Origin: an uncultured Chlorobiaceae bacterium
GTDB taxonomy: Bacteria > Bacteroidota > Chlorobiia > Chlorobiales > Chlorobiaceae
Assembly (NCBI GenBank): GCA_903917955.1
Contig: CAIXCO010000280.1
Location: 3,450-67,449, forward strand
DNA: 64,000 bases
Direction: 5' to 3'
Position numbers and translations under genes: made by a program. Of this stretch, positions 37,338 through 45,678 are shown piece after piece. Within the stretch, counting starts at the first letter, position 1, and each line of letters begins with the position of its first letter. Under the pieces are notes generated by a model that was not told the DNA's origin, did no database searches, and was given only the letters and a program-made list of their open reading frames with translations.

Positions 37338-38144
37338 TTAAAAAGCCCGCACAGCCCGAACCCGACCGTGGCGCGTCTTAATGTTCCAGCCCTGGCCCCC
37401 ACTGCCGAAGGACTGGCTCCATGCGCTACCCGCACCGATCTCCGTAGAACTCCAGTAGCCGTTAACCGCAAAACCGCCAACAACATTTCTATTACTGCAT
37501 AGTTGCGCCAGCTCGTCTCTGCTTGGCAAAAACCAGTCGCTACGCCCACCACCTCGATACGCTTGTGCTACCGCAGCAGCACTGTTCGGATAGCGCGATG
37601 GTGAATATTTTGTCAGTATTTTTTCTGTATTTGATCTTCCAGTTCCGATTCCTGTGCTTGTACCCAATAAACCATAAGCATAATCCGGAGCATCGGCATT
37701 CTTGTCTTCGCCTGTACTCCATCGAAAAAAAATTCCTGTTGATCCATAAGTTGCACCCCATTGGTCTGTATACGGTTTGCAAATATCCTCCCTGGCTACA
37801 ATCAAGCCATGCTGCCCACTGGCATCAACGTAAAATACAATGCCTCCGCCATATTCGTCGTTGATTTTGAGTCTCCCTGAAGAGTCAGGGGTAGTATGCG
37901 AAGTATAGTGGGAGCTGTAGGAACTGTATTGAGAAGAGTAGGGAGAATACGAGCTATATTGCGCACGATCGTAGGAGGAGTAGGAGGAGGAGTAGGAGGA
38001 AGAGTACATGTAGTGGGAGTAGTATTCATACCCTGCGAACGCATCACGCCCTAACGCAAGAGAGGTTATTGCGCCTGCAGCACTGAGCGCCAGCATTTTT
38101 ATCGCCTCTCGTCGGTTTATCGTTTTTTCTGGTTTATCATCCAT
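37338..38144 (-). CDS. Tat-exported protein with Tyr/Ser-rich tract and C-terminal DUF1566 (CLec-fold) domain; putative DGR target
   Basis: INRREAIK twin-arginine + hydrophobic + AFA cleavage site; YSSSYSSSYSSY tract; GGIVFY, DWFLPSRDEL, YWSSTE...AW...F...VRAVRAF; RBS AAAGGAGA. Confidence 0.85.
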   Translation of the reverse strand: MDDKPEKTINRREAIKMLALSAAGAITSLALGRDAFAGYEYYSHYMYSSSYSSSYSSYDRAQYSSYSPYSSQYSSYSSHYTSHTTPDSSGRLKINDEYGGGIVFYVDASGQHGLIVAREDICKPYTDQWGATYGSTGIFFRWSTGEDKNADAPDYAYGLLGTSTGIGTGRSNTEKILTKYSPSRYPNSAAAVAQAYRGGGRSDWFLPSRDELAQLCSNRNVVGGFAVNGYWSSTEIGAGSAWSQSFGSGGQGWNIKTRHGRVRAVRAF

Positions 38145-38242
38145 GCTCACTCTCCTTTCGCTTTTGAATTAATGGTTGCAAGTGGATACGATTCAGAGAA
38201 ATTACTTTTTTTAGTCTTTACAGCAAAAACTTTCCCGGGCGC

Positions 38243-39076
38243 TCATTGAACATCTTTGCTGTTGACCATTTTCCACACATCCTCTGCTGTTATGGATGCC
38301 ATGCAATGATTGACCTCGGTACAGGGCACTCCATACTGGCCACCACGAGTTGGGCCAATACAAGCGGGTGTGCATTGTTTTTCAGCTGAAATATGCCAAT
38401 GCCCTTCATAGCCATACACTGATAAAAGCGTTGGCCCCCAGAGAATAATGGCAGGTTTTTTAACCAGTTTGGCAGCATGCATGGCAAAACTATCAGTGGA
38501 TATCAAGAGATCACACTCTTTCAGCAAGGCGATCAATTCAAGCGGCGTGGTGAGCCCCAGCAACGACAGAGCTCCTGGAATATATGGCTCATCCAATCGG
38601 CCTGTCTGAAGAACACTCCACCCCTCTTTCCGAAATCTTGCGGCAAGCGCTGCCCACTCGCGCCTCTCCCACTTTTTGCGTGGTGAATCTGTATTTGCAG
38701 AAAACACAACTCGCGGACGCAGTGGCGGAAACGAGGGCCATGGAAATGATAGCTGCTCCATATTGGGCAGCCACAAACGTTCTGACACCGGCAACGGCAA
38801 ATTGAACTTTTCGGCAAGGCACTGAAATGCACGCCCGCCCTGCCGATAACGTTCCGTGCTCCAATAGTCAGTGCCAATCAGCGTTGCCGTCCGAGGTGGC
38901 GAACCAACAAAACTAATCGCCGGATGATGCGCTAAAAATGGCAGATATTTGGTACGGCGAACAAGTTGAAAACGACAATCAGGATCGCGCTCCAGAGCTA
39001 ACTTGAGCACACCGGAGAGCATCAACGTGTCGCCAAGTCCGCCAAGCGGGTTAATCCAGGTAATCTCTTCCTGCAT
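38243..39076 (-). CDS. Glycosyltransferase family 9 (heptosyltransferase-like)
   Basis: GGLGDTLM, RKKW, CDLLISTDSFAMHAA, IILWGPT, four C-terminal Cys; start at MQEEI with GGAG RBS, overlapping the upstream rSAM stop. Confidence 0.85.
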   Translation of the reverse strand: MQEEITWINPLGGLGDTLMLSGVLKLALERDPDCRFQLVRRTKYLPFLAHHPAISFVGSPPRTATLIGTDYWSTERYRQGGRAFQCLAEKFNLPLPVSERLWLPNMEQLSFPWPSFPPLRPRVVFSANTDSPRKKWERREWAALAARFRKEGWSVLQTGRLDEPYIPGALSLLGLTTPLELIALLKECDLLISTDSFAMHAAKLVKKPAIILWGPTLLSVYGYEGHWHISAEKQCTPACIGPTRGGQYGVPCTEVNHCMASITAEDVWKMVNSKDVQ

Positions 39077-40163
39077 ACAATGCTCCGGTAATCGGTTCAA
39101 AATATTCGGTAATAAATTTTTTTTCGGCACATCCCCACGGGCTTTGACGAAGAAGATCGCCATGAACAGCCCATCCATCCAGAGGGCAACCACCATGGCA
39201 GAGACTCCAGAAACGGCAATCAACACACTCACTATTGCGAAGGAGCGCATTGCGATTTTCGAGCGCCTCCCGTTGTGGATCATTCAACACCACATCAAGA
39301 GTTTTATCCTGCAACATGCCGTAGTCGAGCAAATCCCAGTCTTCGGAACGGCCACAGTGTGAAAGATGCCCGTCGGGAGCTATCGAAATATGGTTACGCA
39401 TACAGCTCCCGCTAAAAACACATCCAAGCGAGCGGTGATTTTCAATAATGTTGCGCACCAATGAGTTGAAAGGTTCAATCTTGCCATAACGTTCACGATG
39501 CGCCCACCACTCAGGAAAAATTTCCCCAAGAAAAGCCACATATTCATCGGGAGTAACTGCAAGGTCAGGCCTGCGGTTATGATACAGCAGCACCGGATGG
39601 ATGTTGAAACCACCACCGGTAATATTGACAAGATGATAAAAAATATCCAACGGGCGTTCAAGCGCTGGCTTGGTCAACACATAGATGATTCCTACCCCTA
39701 TGCCATGCTGTTCAGCAACCATTTTCCCTTGCAGAAACGCCCTGTTGTAGGTGGTGGTATCACAGATGGTTCCGGGCCCCCGTGCGCCATCAAGTGGATC
39801 ATAACTTGAACCAACAGAATGGATTCCAAGCTCCTTGAGCAATCCCGCCCACTCCTCATCCATGAGCATCAAGTTGCTCTGCATGGCGAAAGTGATTCTG
39901 TCTCGTGTTGTTTTACACACCGTTTCAAGGAGTTCCCGGCTCTTGATATAAAAGGGCTTCCCCATCAAGAGCGGTTCACCACCATGCCATATCCAGGTAA
40001 TGTCGCCGTCAGGATACGTTTCCAGGTAATCATTGACACGCTGAAACACAAGCCGCAACGTCGCCTCTGTCATATCATCGAATTGCCTCTTTTTTGTAAC
40101 CACATCGCAGTAAGCACAATGCGATGTACAACGTTCAGTTGGTTTAACAATCAGGGTCGGCAT
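39051..40163 (-). CDS. Radical SAM/SPASM domain protein (anSME/peptide-maturase-like)
   Basis: VKPTERCTSHCAYC, WHGGEPLL, QSN, SPASM cysteines C..C...GHLSHC...CVDCRFWSLCHGGC. Confidence 0.9.
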   Translation of the reverse strand: MPTLIVKPTERCTSHCAYCDVVTKKRQFDDMTEATLRLVFQRVNDYLETYPDGDITWIWHGGEPLLMGKPFYIKSRELLETVCKTTRDRITFAMQSNLMLMDEEWAGLLKELGIHSVGSSYDPLDGARGPGTICDTTTYNRAFLQGKMVAEQHGIGVGIIYVLTKPALERPLDIFYHLVNITGGGFNIHPVLLYHNRRPDLAVTPDEYVAFLGEIFPEWWAHRERYGKIEPFNSLVRNIIENHRSLGCVFSGSCMRNHISIAPDGHLSHCGRSEDWDLLDYGMLQDKTLDVVLNDPQREALENRNALLRNSECVDCRFWSLCHGGCPLDGWAVHGDLLRQSPWGCAEKKFITEYFEPITGALYAGRDYLD

Positions 40164-40612
40164 ACTGCTCCTCCTGGCTGTTTTTGCCTGTAGAGACGAG
40201 CATCAATAATTTCAGTGAAAAAGTCGCGGCATTGCGATGTGCATTGCTCTTTCCACTCGCCATAGCAGGCACGCCACCCCGGACAGTTGATGCAAGAGTC
40301 TCGGTTAATAAAACGCTCGTTCAACGCCTCTTGTTGCGGCGGAGGTTGTTCAATCATCGTCTCAAATGGCTCAATAATGGCATGTGAACAACGCCCGTAC
40401 ACAGCATAGACAAGAAGCTCACGTAATGCTTCCCAGTCAATCGTACCAAGAGAGAGATCCAGTGTTACCCGAACTCCCAGCGATGCAACTATCCTTGCTT
40501 TGGTCAGGTTTTCTTCAGTGGCAGGCAAGGAGACCGTTTCAGCTTGGAGATTCATCAGTTGTGGAATCCATTCTGCTGGACGACAGAATAAATCTACAGG
40601 TTTTGCAAGCAT
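40151..40612 (-). CDS. Small protein with SPASM-like Cys cluster
   Basis: CINCPGWRAC...CTSQC; overlaps both neighbours, suggesting translational coupling. Confidence 0.7.
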   Translation of the reverse strand: MLAKPVDLFCRPAEWIPQLMNLQAETVSLPATEENLTKARIVASLGVRVTLDLSLGTIDWEALRELLVYAVYGRCSHAIIEPFETMIEQPPPQQEALNERFINRDSCINCPGWRACYGEWKEQCTSQCRDFFTEIIDARLYRQKQPGGAVCRP

Positions 40613-41607
40613 TTATTAATCTCCGGAAGACGGATAAAAGGTTCATCTTTCATAGCTTTGAGTATATGGGCAGCACAACCGCCTTCGCAACGTTTTATTT
40701 CCCGTTGTTGACATTCATCGCACTCATAATGAATGCCTCCGGCTTCGGCACGAATATCATTCATTTGTGAGCGAAAATGGTCAAGCAACTCCTCAAGAGA
40801 GCTGAATTCATAGAGCGAACGTGGCGCAAGACGTGACAGCGGAAAGCATGACCAGACCATCATATCCGGCCCAATATCAATTGCGGGACCACAACCGAAA
40901 TTCAGTGGTGACGAAATCTTGAACAGCTTCCCCAGCTCTTCGTCAGTAAAAGAGCATAGCGTAAAGCCACAGTCAAGCCCAATCTGCAACCGGTTACGAG
41001 CAAAATCCTCGCTAAAAGAGAGCAACCGTTTCATTGCAGGACGAATTGAGCTGATTGAGAGACATTGGTTATCAGCACCGGGAATGGGCGCAGCAAGACC
41101 AAGACGCAGGTGACGCTTAAGCCCGTATCGATTGACGAGGTCAAACAGAAAGGTGAGGTCAAAGTCCGGTCGGTAAATGTTAAACCCTGGACCGCACTTC
41201 GTACCAAACTGCTCCAGAAAATATTCAACACACTCATTTTCTTTTTTCGGAGAAAGCGTTGGTTCATTCAGGTTGCAGACAAAATCCAACGGTATTTCCG
41301 GATCCGTCGGGAGAAAATGCCGTAAACTATCTGTCAGTTCCTGCGGTATCGCCGCACTGGTAAAAACCGTAACCTGAAAGCCACGTTGAAGCAGATAGAG
41401 TACCATGTCCGGAAAATGGCGATGCAGTAACGGTTCACCACCAAGCAACGACAGTCGCTTTTCGCCAGATGATTCAAAAAAATCAACAACATAGATCAAG
41501 TCCTCCCAACTGACCTCAGCATGTAAATCATTTGTACTCATGTGATCACGAGCAAAACAGTAAGGACATGTGCGGACGCACCTCCTGGTTAACAGCAGAT
41601 TAGCCAT
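40594..41607 (-). CDS. Radical SAM protein with C-terminal SPASM/twitch-like domain
   Basis: CVRTCPYC, LLGGEPLLH, CGPAIDIGPD..VWSCF, CDEC......CEGGC. Confidence 0.88.
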   Translation of the reverse strand: MANLLLTRRCVRTCPYCFARDHMSTNDLHAEVSWEDLIYVVDFFESSGEKRLSLLGGEPLLHRHFPDMVLYLLQRGFQVTVFTSAAIPQELTDSLRHFLPTDPEIPLDFVCNLNEPTLSPKKENECVEYFLEQFGTKCGPGFNIYRPDFDLTFLFDLVNRYGLKRHLRLGLAAPIPGADNQCLSISSIRPAMKRLLSFSEDFARNRLQIGLDCGFTLCSFTDEELGKLFKISSPLNFGCGPAIDIGPDMMVWSCFPLSRLAPRSLYEFSSLEELLDHFRSQMNDIRAEAGGIHYECDECQQREIKRCEGGCAAHILKAMKDEPFIRLPEINKCLQNL

Positions 41608-41740
41608 ATATCTGATTCAAAAATTTCCATAACACTCTATTCGATAGCTTTATCAGCAGATTTTTGAACGGAATGCTTTTATCTTTATGCAAAATAGCAG
41701 AAGTTCCAGCAATAAACGAATGGGGAAACCCTATAACGCG

Positions 41741-42584
41741 TTATTTTTTCCCTTGTGACTGCATCGACATTTTTGGCATCAATGATTGAGGGATGTGTAA
41801 TTCCGGCAGCGGCCAGCAACTCCCCGGCAAGTCATTTCGACTGAGGGATTTTCTGACAGCTTGACTCTTTGAGGGTGACGATTGTGCTGCGTATGGCCCC
41901 AAGTTCATCAATTCCTTCCAGCACGGAGCATTCACATTTTTTCCAGAGCTCTGATAGCAGTCTCTCAATTTTATAGGCAAGCATGACGGCAAAGACATGA
42001 CCACGGGTACTGGCTTCGGTTCGTACATGAACCGGTCTGATTTCCAGATGACTTTGTTTGAACGTCCGGAAAGCATGTTCCACTTTGGCCAGATCTTTGT
42101 ACCGGTCATGAACTTCTTTGGTCGAAAGAAGCTCTTTCTTTACATCAGTTTTGATCACATAACACCCATCGAGCAAAGCTGATCTTTTTAGGATTTCTTC
42201 TGTAAAACTTTCTAATTCAAGCACATCACAGGCGCCATAACTTGCAGCCATCCTGACCGCACCCAAGCGTGAACCTTGCCCGATCAATCGAGCCATGATC
42301 TGCCACAAGGCAAGCACTCCCTGACGGGTACTGCCCAGTGCCTTACTGATACCGAGTCTCTCAGCAAGCGTATTGAGCACAAACACCACGCCAACCCGGA
42401 AGGCCTTCATGAAGCTCAACATCCTCGACATGCAACAGAGCCGTCAAATTATCTTTGTACTTCAGGGCAAGTTTAATGGCGGCAATTTCACCTTCTGAAC
42501 ATTTTGAAATTTTGCCCAAAGTGCGATTCTTCACCTTGCCATCTTCACGATAGGATTCGCGAAAAAGATAACGCTGGTAGGTTT
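41741..42584 (-). pseudogene. IS1634-family transposase remnant (internally deleted, frameshifted)
   Basis: N-terminal RYLFRESYREDGKVKNRTL and C-terminal LDGCYVIKTD...YKDLAKVEHAFRTFK..LEIRPVH...RGHVF; central region missing. Confidence 0.8.
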
Positions 42585-42912
42585 AGCCAGCAACTCTGCA
42601 TCTATCCCGGCGATTGCAGCGGCCTCTTCATCACTCATTCCCTTCGCTACCAATCTTCTGGCAACTTCAAGTTTACCTTTCTCAAGGCCCTGTTCAATGC
42701 CTAACTCAATCCCCTGCGTCATTCCTTCACCAATACCCTCTTCCTTGCCTTCCATACGGGCAAAGTCATAGTTTGTTTCTACATAGCTGGCTTGATCGCG
42801 CAAGGAATCCTGATAACTGTTATAGGCACGAAGCTCTTCATCCGTCATGCGCAGCAGTGAAAACGACTCTTTTGCTTTCTGAATCCCCTTGGCTTTAAAC
42901 TCGTCCTTGATC
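42585..42912 (-). pseudogene. C-terminal remnant of an Rpn / PD-(D/E)XK transposase-like protein
   Basis: MTDEELRAY..Y..SLRD, EGKEEG..EG...GIEQGLEKGKLEVARRL...GM; N-terminus absent. Confidence 0.7.
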
Positions 42913-42941
42913 TAGTAATAATCGGGATACCTATCGCCTCA

Positions 42942-43703
42942 TCATATCGGGTTAATTCCTCTGTGCAGGTTACGGTATTGTAGCTTGTAGCCGTCAGCAG
43001 CATCAAAACAATCCTGTGCTGTACCAGGAAGAATGTCCGGGTTCAGAAGAGCTTGCATAACTTCTGGTTCATTCCGGAATTTTTCAAACCAAAGGCCAAA
43101 GAACCCGATTCCTTTTGCCCATTGAACCATTGATAAGGAAGCCAAATGAGCATGACCAGCCGCTTTGGCAACTTGATACAGGGTGAATGCTGATTCAACA
43201 GCAACAAGAGCGTCTCTTCGCTTTAGCCAACGTATGTCAACAATATTATTTCTTCTATCGATGTTTGCCAAACCCAGCAATGCAATGGTGTTTTCTGCTT
43301 TGCTCTGCTGAATCAATTCAAGATCTTCAGCTTTCTGAACGATTGCAGCATCTTCATGATTCGGATGAATACGGATTTGAAATGGAAGCAACGTGTTATT
43401 GTTTTCCGGAAAGTAGTAATCGTTAAAATCAACAGGCGTATTGCCCTTTGCATTGTTGCAGGGGCCGCAGGCAAACAGCATGTTCTCCCAGCCCAATGGA
43501 TTGCCAGAAGTGTACCCTGCTGGCGGGTTTTTGGGAACCACGTGTTCCATTTGCAGACTGTGGCTCAAGGGCATATTGCAATAGGCGCAATAGTACCCTA
43601 TACGATCAATCAATCTCTTGCGCCACAGCGTATAATCATGAACAGAAATCGGATCACCGGTCTCATCAGTCGGGCAGGAGCCCTTGTCCAATGGCCGCAT
43701 CAT
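42942..43703 (-). CDS. HNH endonuclease (Septu PtuB-like)
   Basis: CAYC...MEHVVPK...WENMLFACGPCNNAK; directly downstream of an ABC-type ATPase. Confidence 0.8.
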   Translation of the reverse strand: MMRPLDKGSCPTDETGDPISVHDYTLWRKRLIDRIGYYCAYCNMPLSHSLQMEHVVPKNPPAGYTSGNPLGWENMLFACGPCNNAKGNTPVDFNDYYFPENNNTLLPFQIRIHPNHEDAAIVQKAEDLELIQQSKAENTIALLGLANIDRRNNIVDIRWLKRRDALVAVESAFTLYQVAKAAGHAHLASLSMVQWAKGIGFFGLWFEKFRNEPEVMQALLNPDILPGTAQDCFDAADGYKLQYRNLHRGINPI

Positions 43704-43704
43704 C

Positions 43705-45042
43705 CTACTTTTGTACTGCCAGTTTATTCAATTCCAGAAAGGCTCTTAACCCCGGATCTGAAACATTGTCTATTTCAGCCTGTATTTCTACTTCCGATAC
43801 TCCCGTTTTCAGTTTACCCAATATCAATTGAGCAATATCATGTTTGCCTGTATTTTCATCAGAAAATGCGCTTTCAACACCCATGACACTTGTTGCCACA
43901 TCATCAATTTTCAAGCTGTTCAAGAGAACGTCAGTCAACCGGTCAAGATTGAGCAGTTCATCAGAAGCAAGCGACTGAACAATAAATGCGGAATGTGTTG
44001 TCACGACAAACTGAATATTCGGAAACGCACTCTTTAAATCTTTGACAATATGCCGTTGCCACTTTGGATGGAGGTGCATATCCAGTCCATCAATCAAAGC
44101 AATACCTCTCGACTCCTTTACAGCATCTCTCCCCAGAAAGCCATTAAGCACAACACACCTGAACGCCAATTCTGCTACCAGATTGAGCATGGCTTTCAAA
44201 CCATCACTCATGTTGGAGTGTGTCTTTTTTCCTGGATCTTGTTCATCAATGTTAACAACAGCTTCAAGCTCCTGGTAATGATGATTATATCCTACATCTT
44301 CCAGATAGGGAATTGCCGTTGAAATAGCTTCAAAGACCGCTTCCCGGGTACCTTCAAACTCTTTTTTGTACTTCAGCTCATTATCGTAATTATGAAGCCA
44401 CTCAATCACACCATCAAAATCTACCTTGTCAGAGAGTGCTGCCAAATAGCCCTTCTCCATTCTGCTTCTGTTTTGTTGGGCCTTTTTACCCTTGCGTAAC
44501 TGTGCCACAGTTCTTTCAGTGCCGAAACTGGCCAAAACAGGCAAAAGCGCTTTATTATGAAACCCTCTTCCTGATTCCACCAAATCCCTGATGGCATCAA
44601 TCAAATCTCCTGCATATTTCCTGTTATGGCTTGTTGTACCATTAGCCAGCATTACTCTGCTCCATTCTATTGGCCGTTCCTGAAAAACAAAACGGCCTTT
44701 ACCAATATTGAAAGGTTCATCCTTGCCAATCAATATGAATGTATCGCTTAACAAGCTGCCTGTAACTCTGATAAGTGTCTCATCCTTGCTGGAAATATAA
44801 TCCCTCTCCTCAGCAGCCCATTTAACAAATTTCTCCTGCCTTTTAAATTGTCTCCGATAAAGAGGTGATGCTGGAAGGGGCAAACATTGCAAACAAGCAC
44901 CCAAGCTGACCTGTAACGCATGAAGCAGTGATGATTTACCCATGCCATTATCACCGATGGCAACAGTAAAGTTTGAGTTCAAAAAAATCTCTTTTTTCTC
45001 AAACCCCCTGAAATTCTGGATATATAATCTGCTGATATGCAT
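43705..45042 (-). CDS. ABC-type ATPase (AAA_15/AAA_21, Septu PtuA-like)
   Basis: NFRGF, Walker A GDNGMGKSS, MSDG, Walker B LIDGLDMHLHPKWQ (E>G), TTHS. Confidence 0.8.
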   Translation of the reverse strand: MHISRLYIQNFRGFEKKEIFLNSNFTVAIGDNGMGKSSLLHALQVSLGACLQCLPLPASPLYRRQFKRQEKFVKWAAEERDYISSKDETLIRVTGSLLSDTFILIGKDEPFNIGKGRFVFQERPIEWSRVMLANGTTSHNRKYAGDLIDAIRDLVESGRGFHNKALLPVLASFGTERTVAQLRKGKKAQQNRSRMEKGYLAALSDKVDFDGVIEWLHNYDNELKYKKEFEGTREAVFEAISTAIPYLEDVGYNHHYQELEAVVNIDEQDPGKKTHSNMSDGLKAMLNLVAELAFRCVVLNGFLGRDAVKESRGIALIDGLDMHLHPKWQRHIVKDLKSAFPNIQFVVTTHSAFIVQSLASDELLNLDRLTDVLLNSLKIDDVATSVMGVESAFSDENTGKHDIAQLILGKLKTGVSEVEIQAEIDNVSDPGLRAFLELNKLAVQK

Positions 45043-45234
45043 CTCTTTTTATAATGAGATATTTTTTTGCGGCAGGAACCTGCCTTGGATAATCACAGCT
45101 ATTTTCTTCAAAGCTTTTTACAAGTTGAATCTTTTCCCCAAAAAACAGTTGGCCCACTGGAACAGTGAAAAAAAAATTATACCAATAAAAAAAGATAAAA
45201 AAAACAAGAGAATGCCTTCAGGGAGTCGCCTCAC

Positions 45235-45669
45235 TCACGCAAACAGCTCCAAAGGTTCCAGTTCAAGAAACTCCTGCCACGGAATCCCCGAGTTTCCAAC
45301 CAGAAGCACCTTGTAGGGCTTGCACTGTTGCTCAAATGCTGCCATGCCGGAAGCATGCCCGGTATGGCCATTTTTGACTTCAAGGCCAATCACTTTTCCT
45401 TTGTGTTCCAGCACGAAATCCACCTCATGGTTACCCTGACGCCAGTAAAAGAGGTTAATGGCATCGGTGCGGGTATGATTGAGGAGATGGGCACCAATTG
45501 CTGACTCAACCCATCGGCCCCATTGCGACGGGTTTGTGGCAATCTCCTGAAAAGAGTACTGCTGCTGTGCACTGACGAGAGCGGTATTATGCACCTGAAA
45601 TTTTGGGATGGATGCTCTACGCCGCACCATTTCGGGGCTGTACTTTTCCAGTCCACCGAGTAACCCGGC
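45235..45669 (-). pseudogene. 3' fragment of an ATP-binding DUF4143 protein
   Basis: AGLLGGLEKY...PKFQVHN, GRWVES, LFYWR...EVDFV, LEVK; N-terminal ATPase domain absent. Confidence 0.7.
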
Positions 45670-45678
45670 GAGATAAGG

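Noticed and set aside
39077-39283. Hydrophobic N-terminal extension of GT9 in the ORF track
   Set aside because: It lies inside the rSAM SPASM coding region; ATG 39076 has a GGAG RBS and matches the expected GT9 start.
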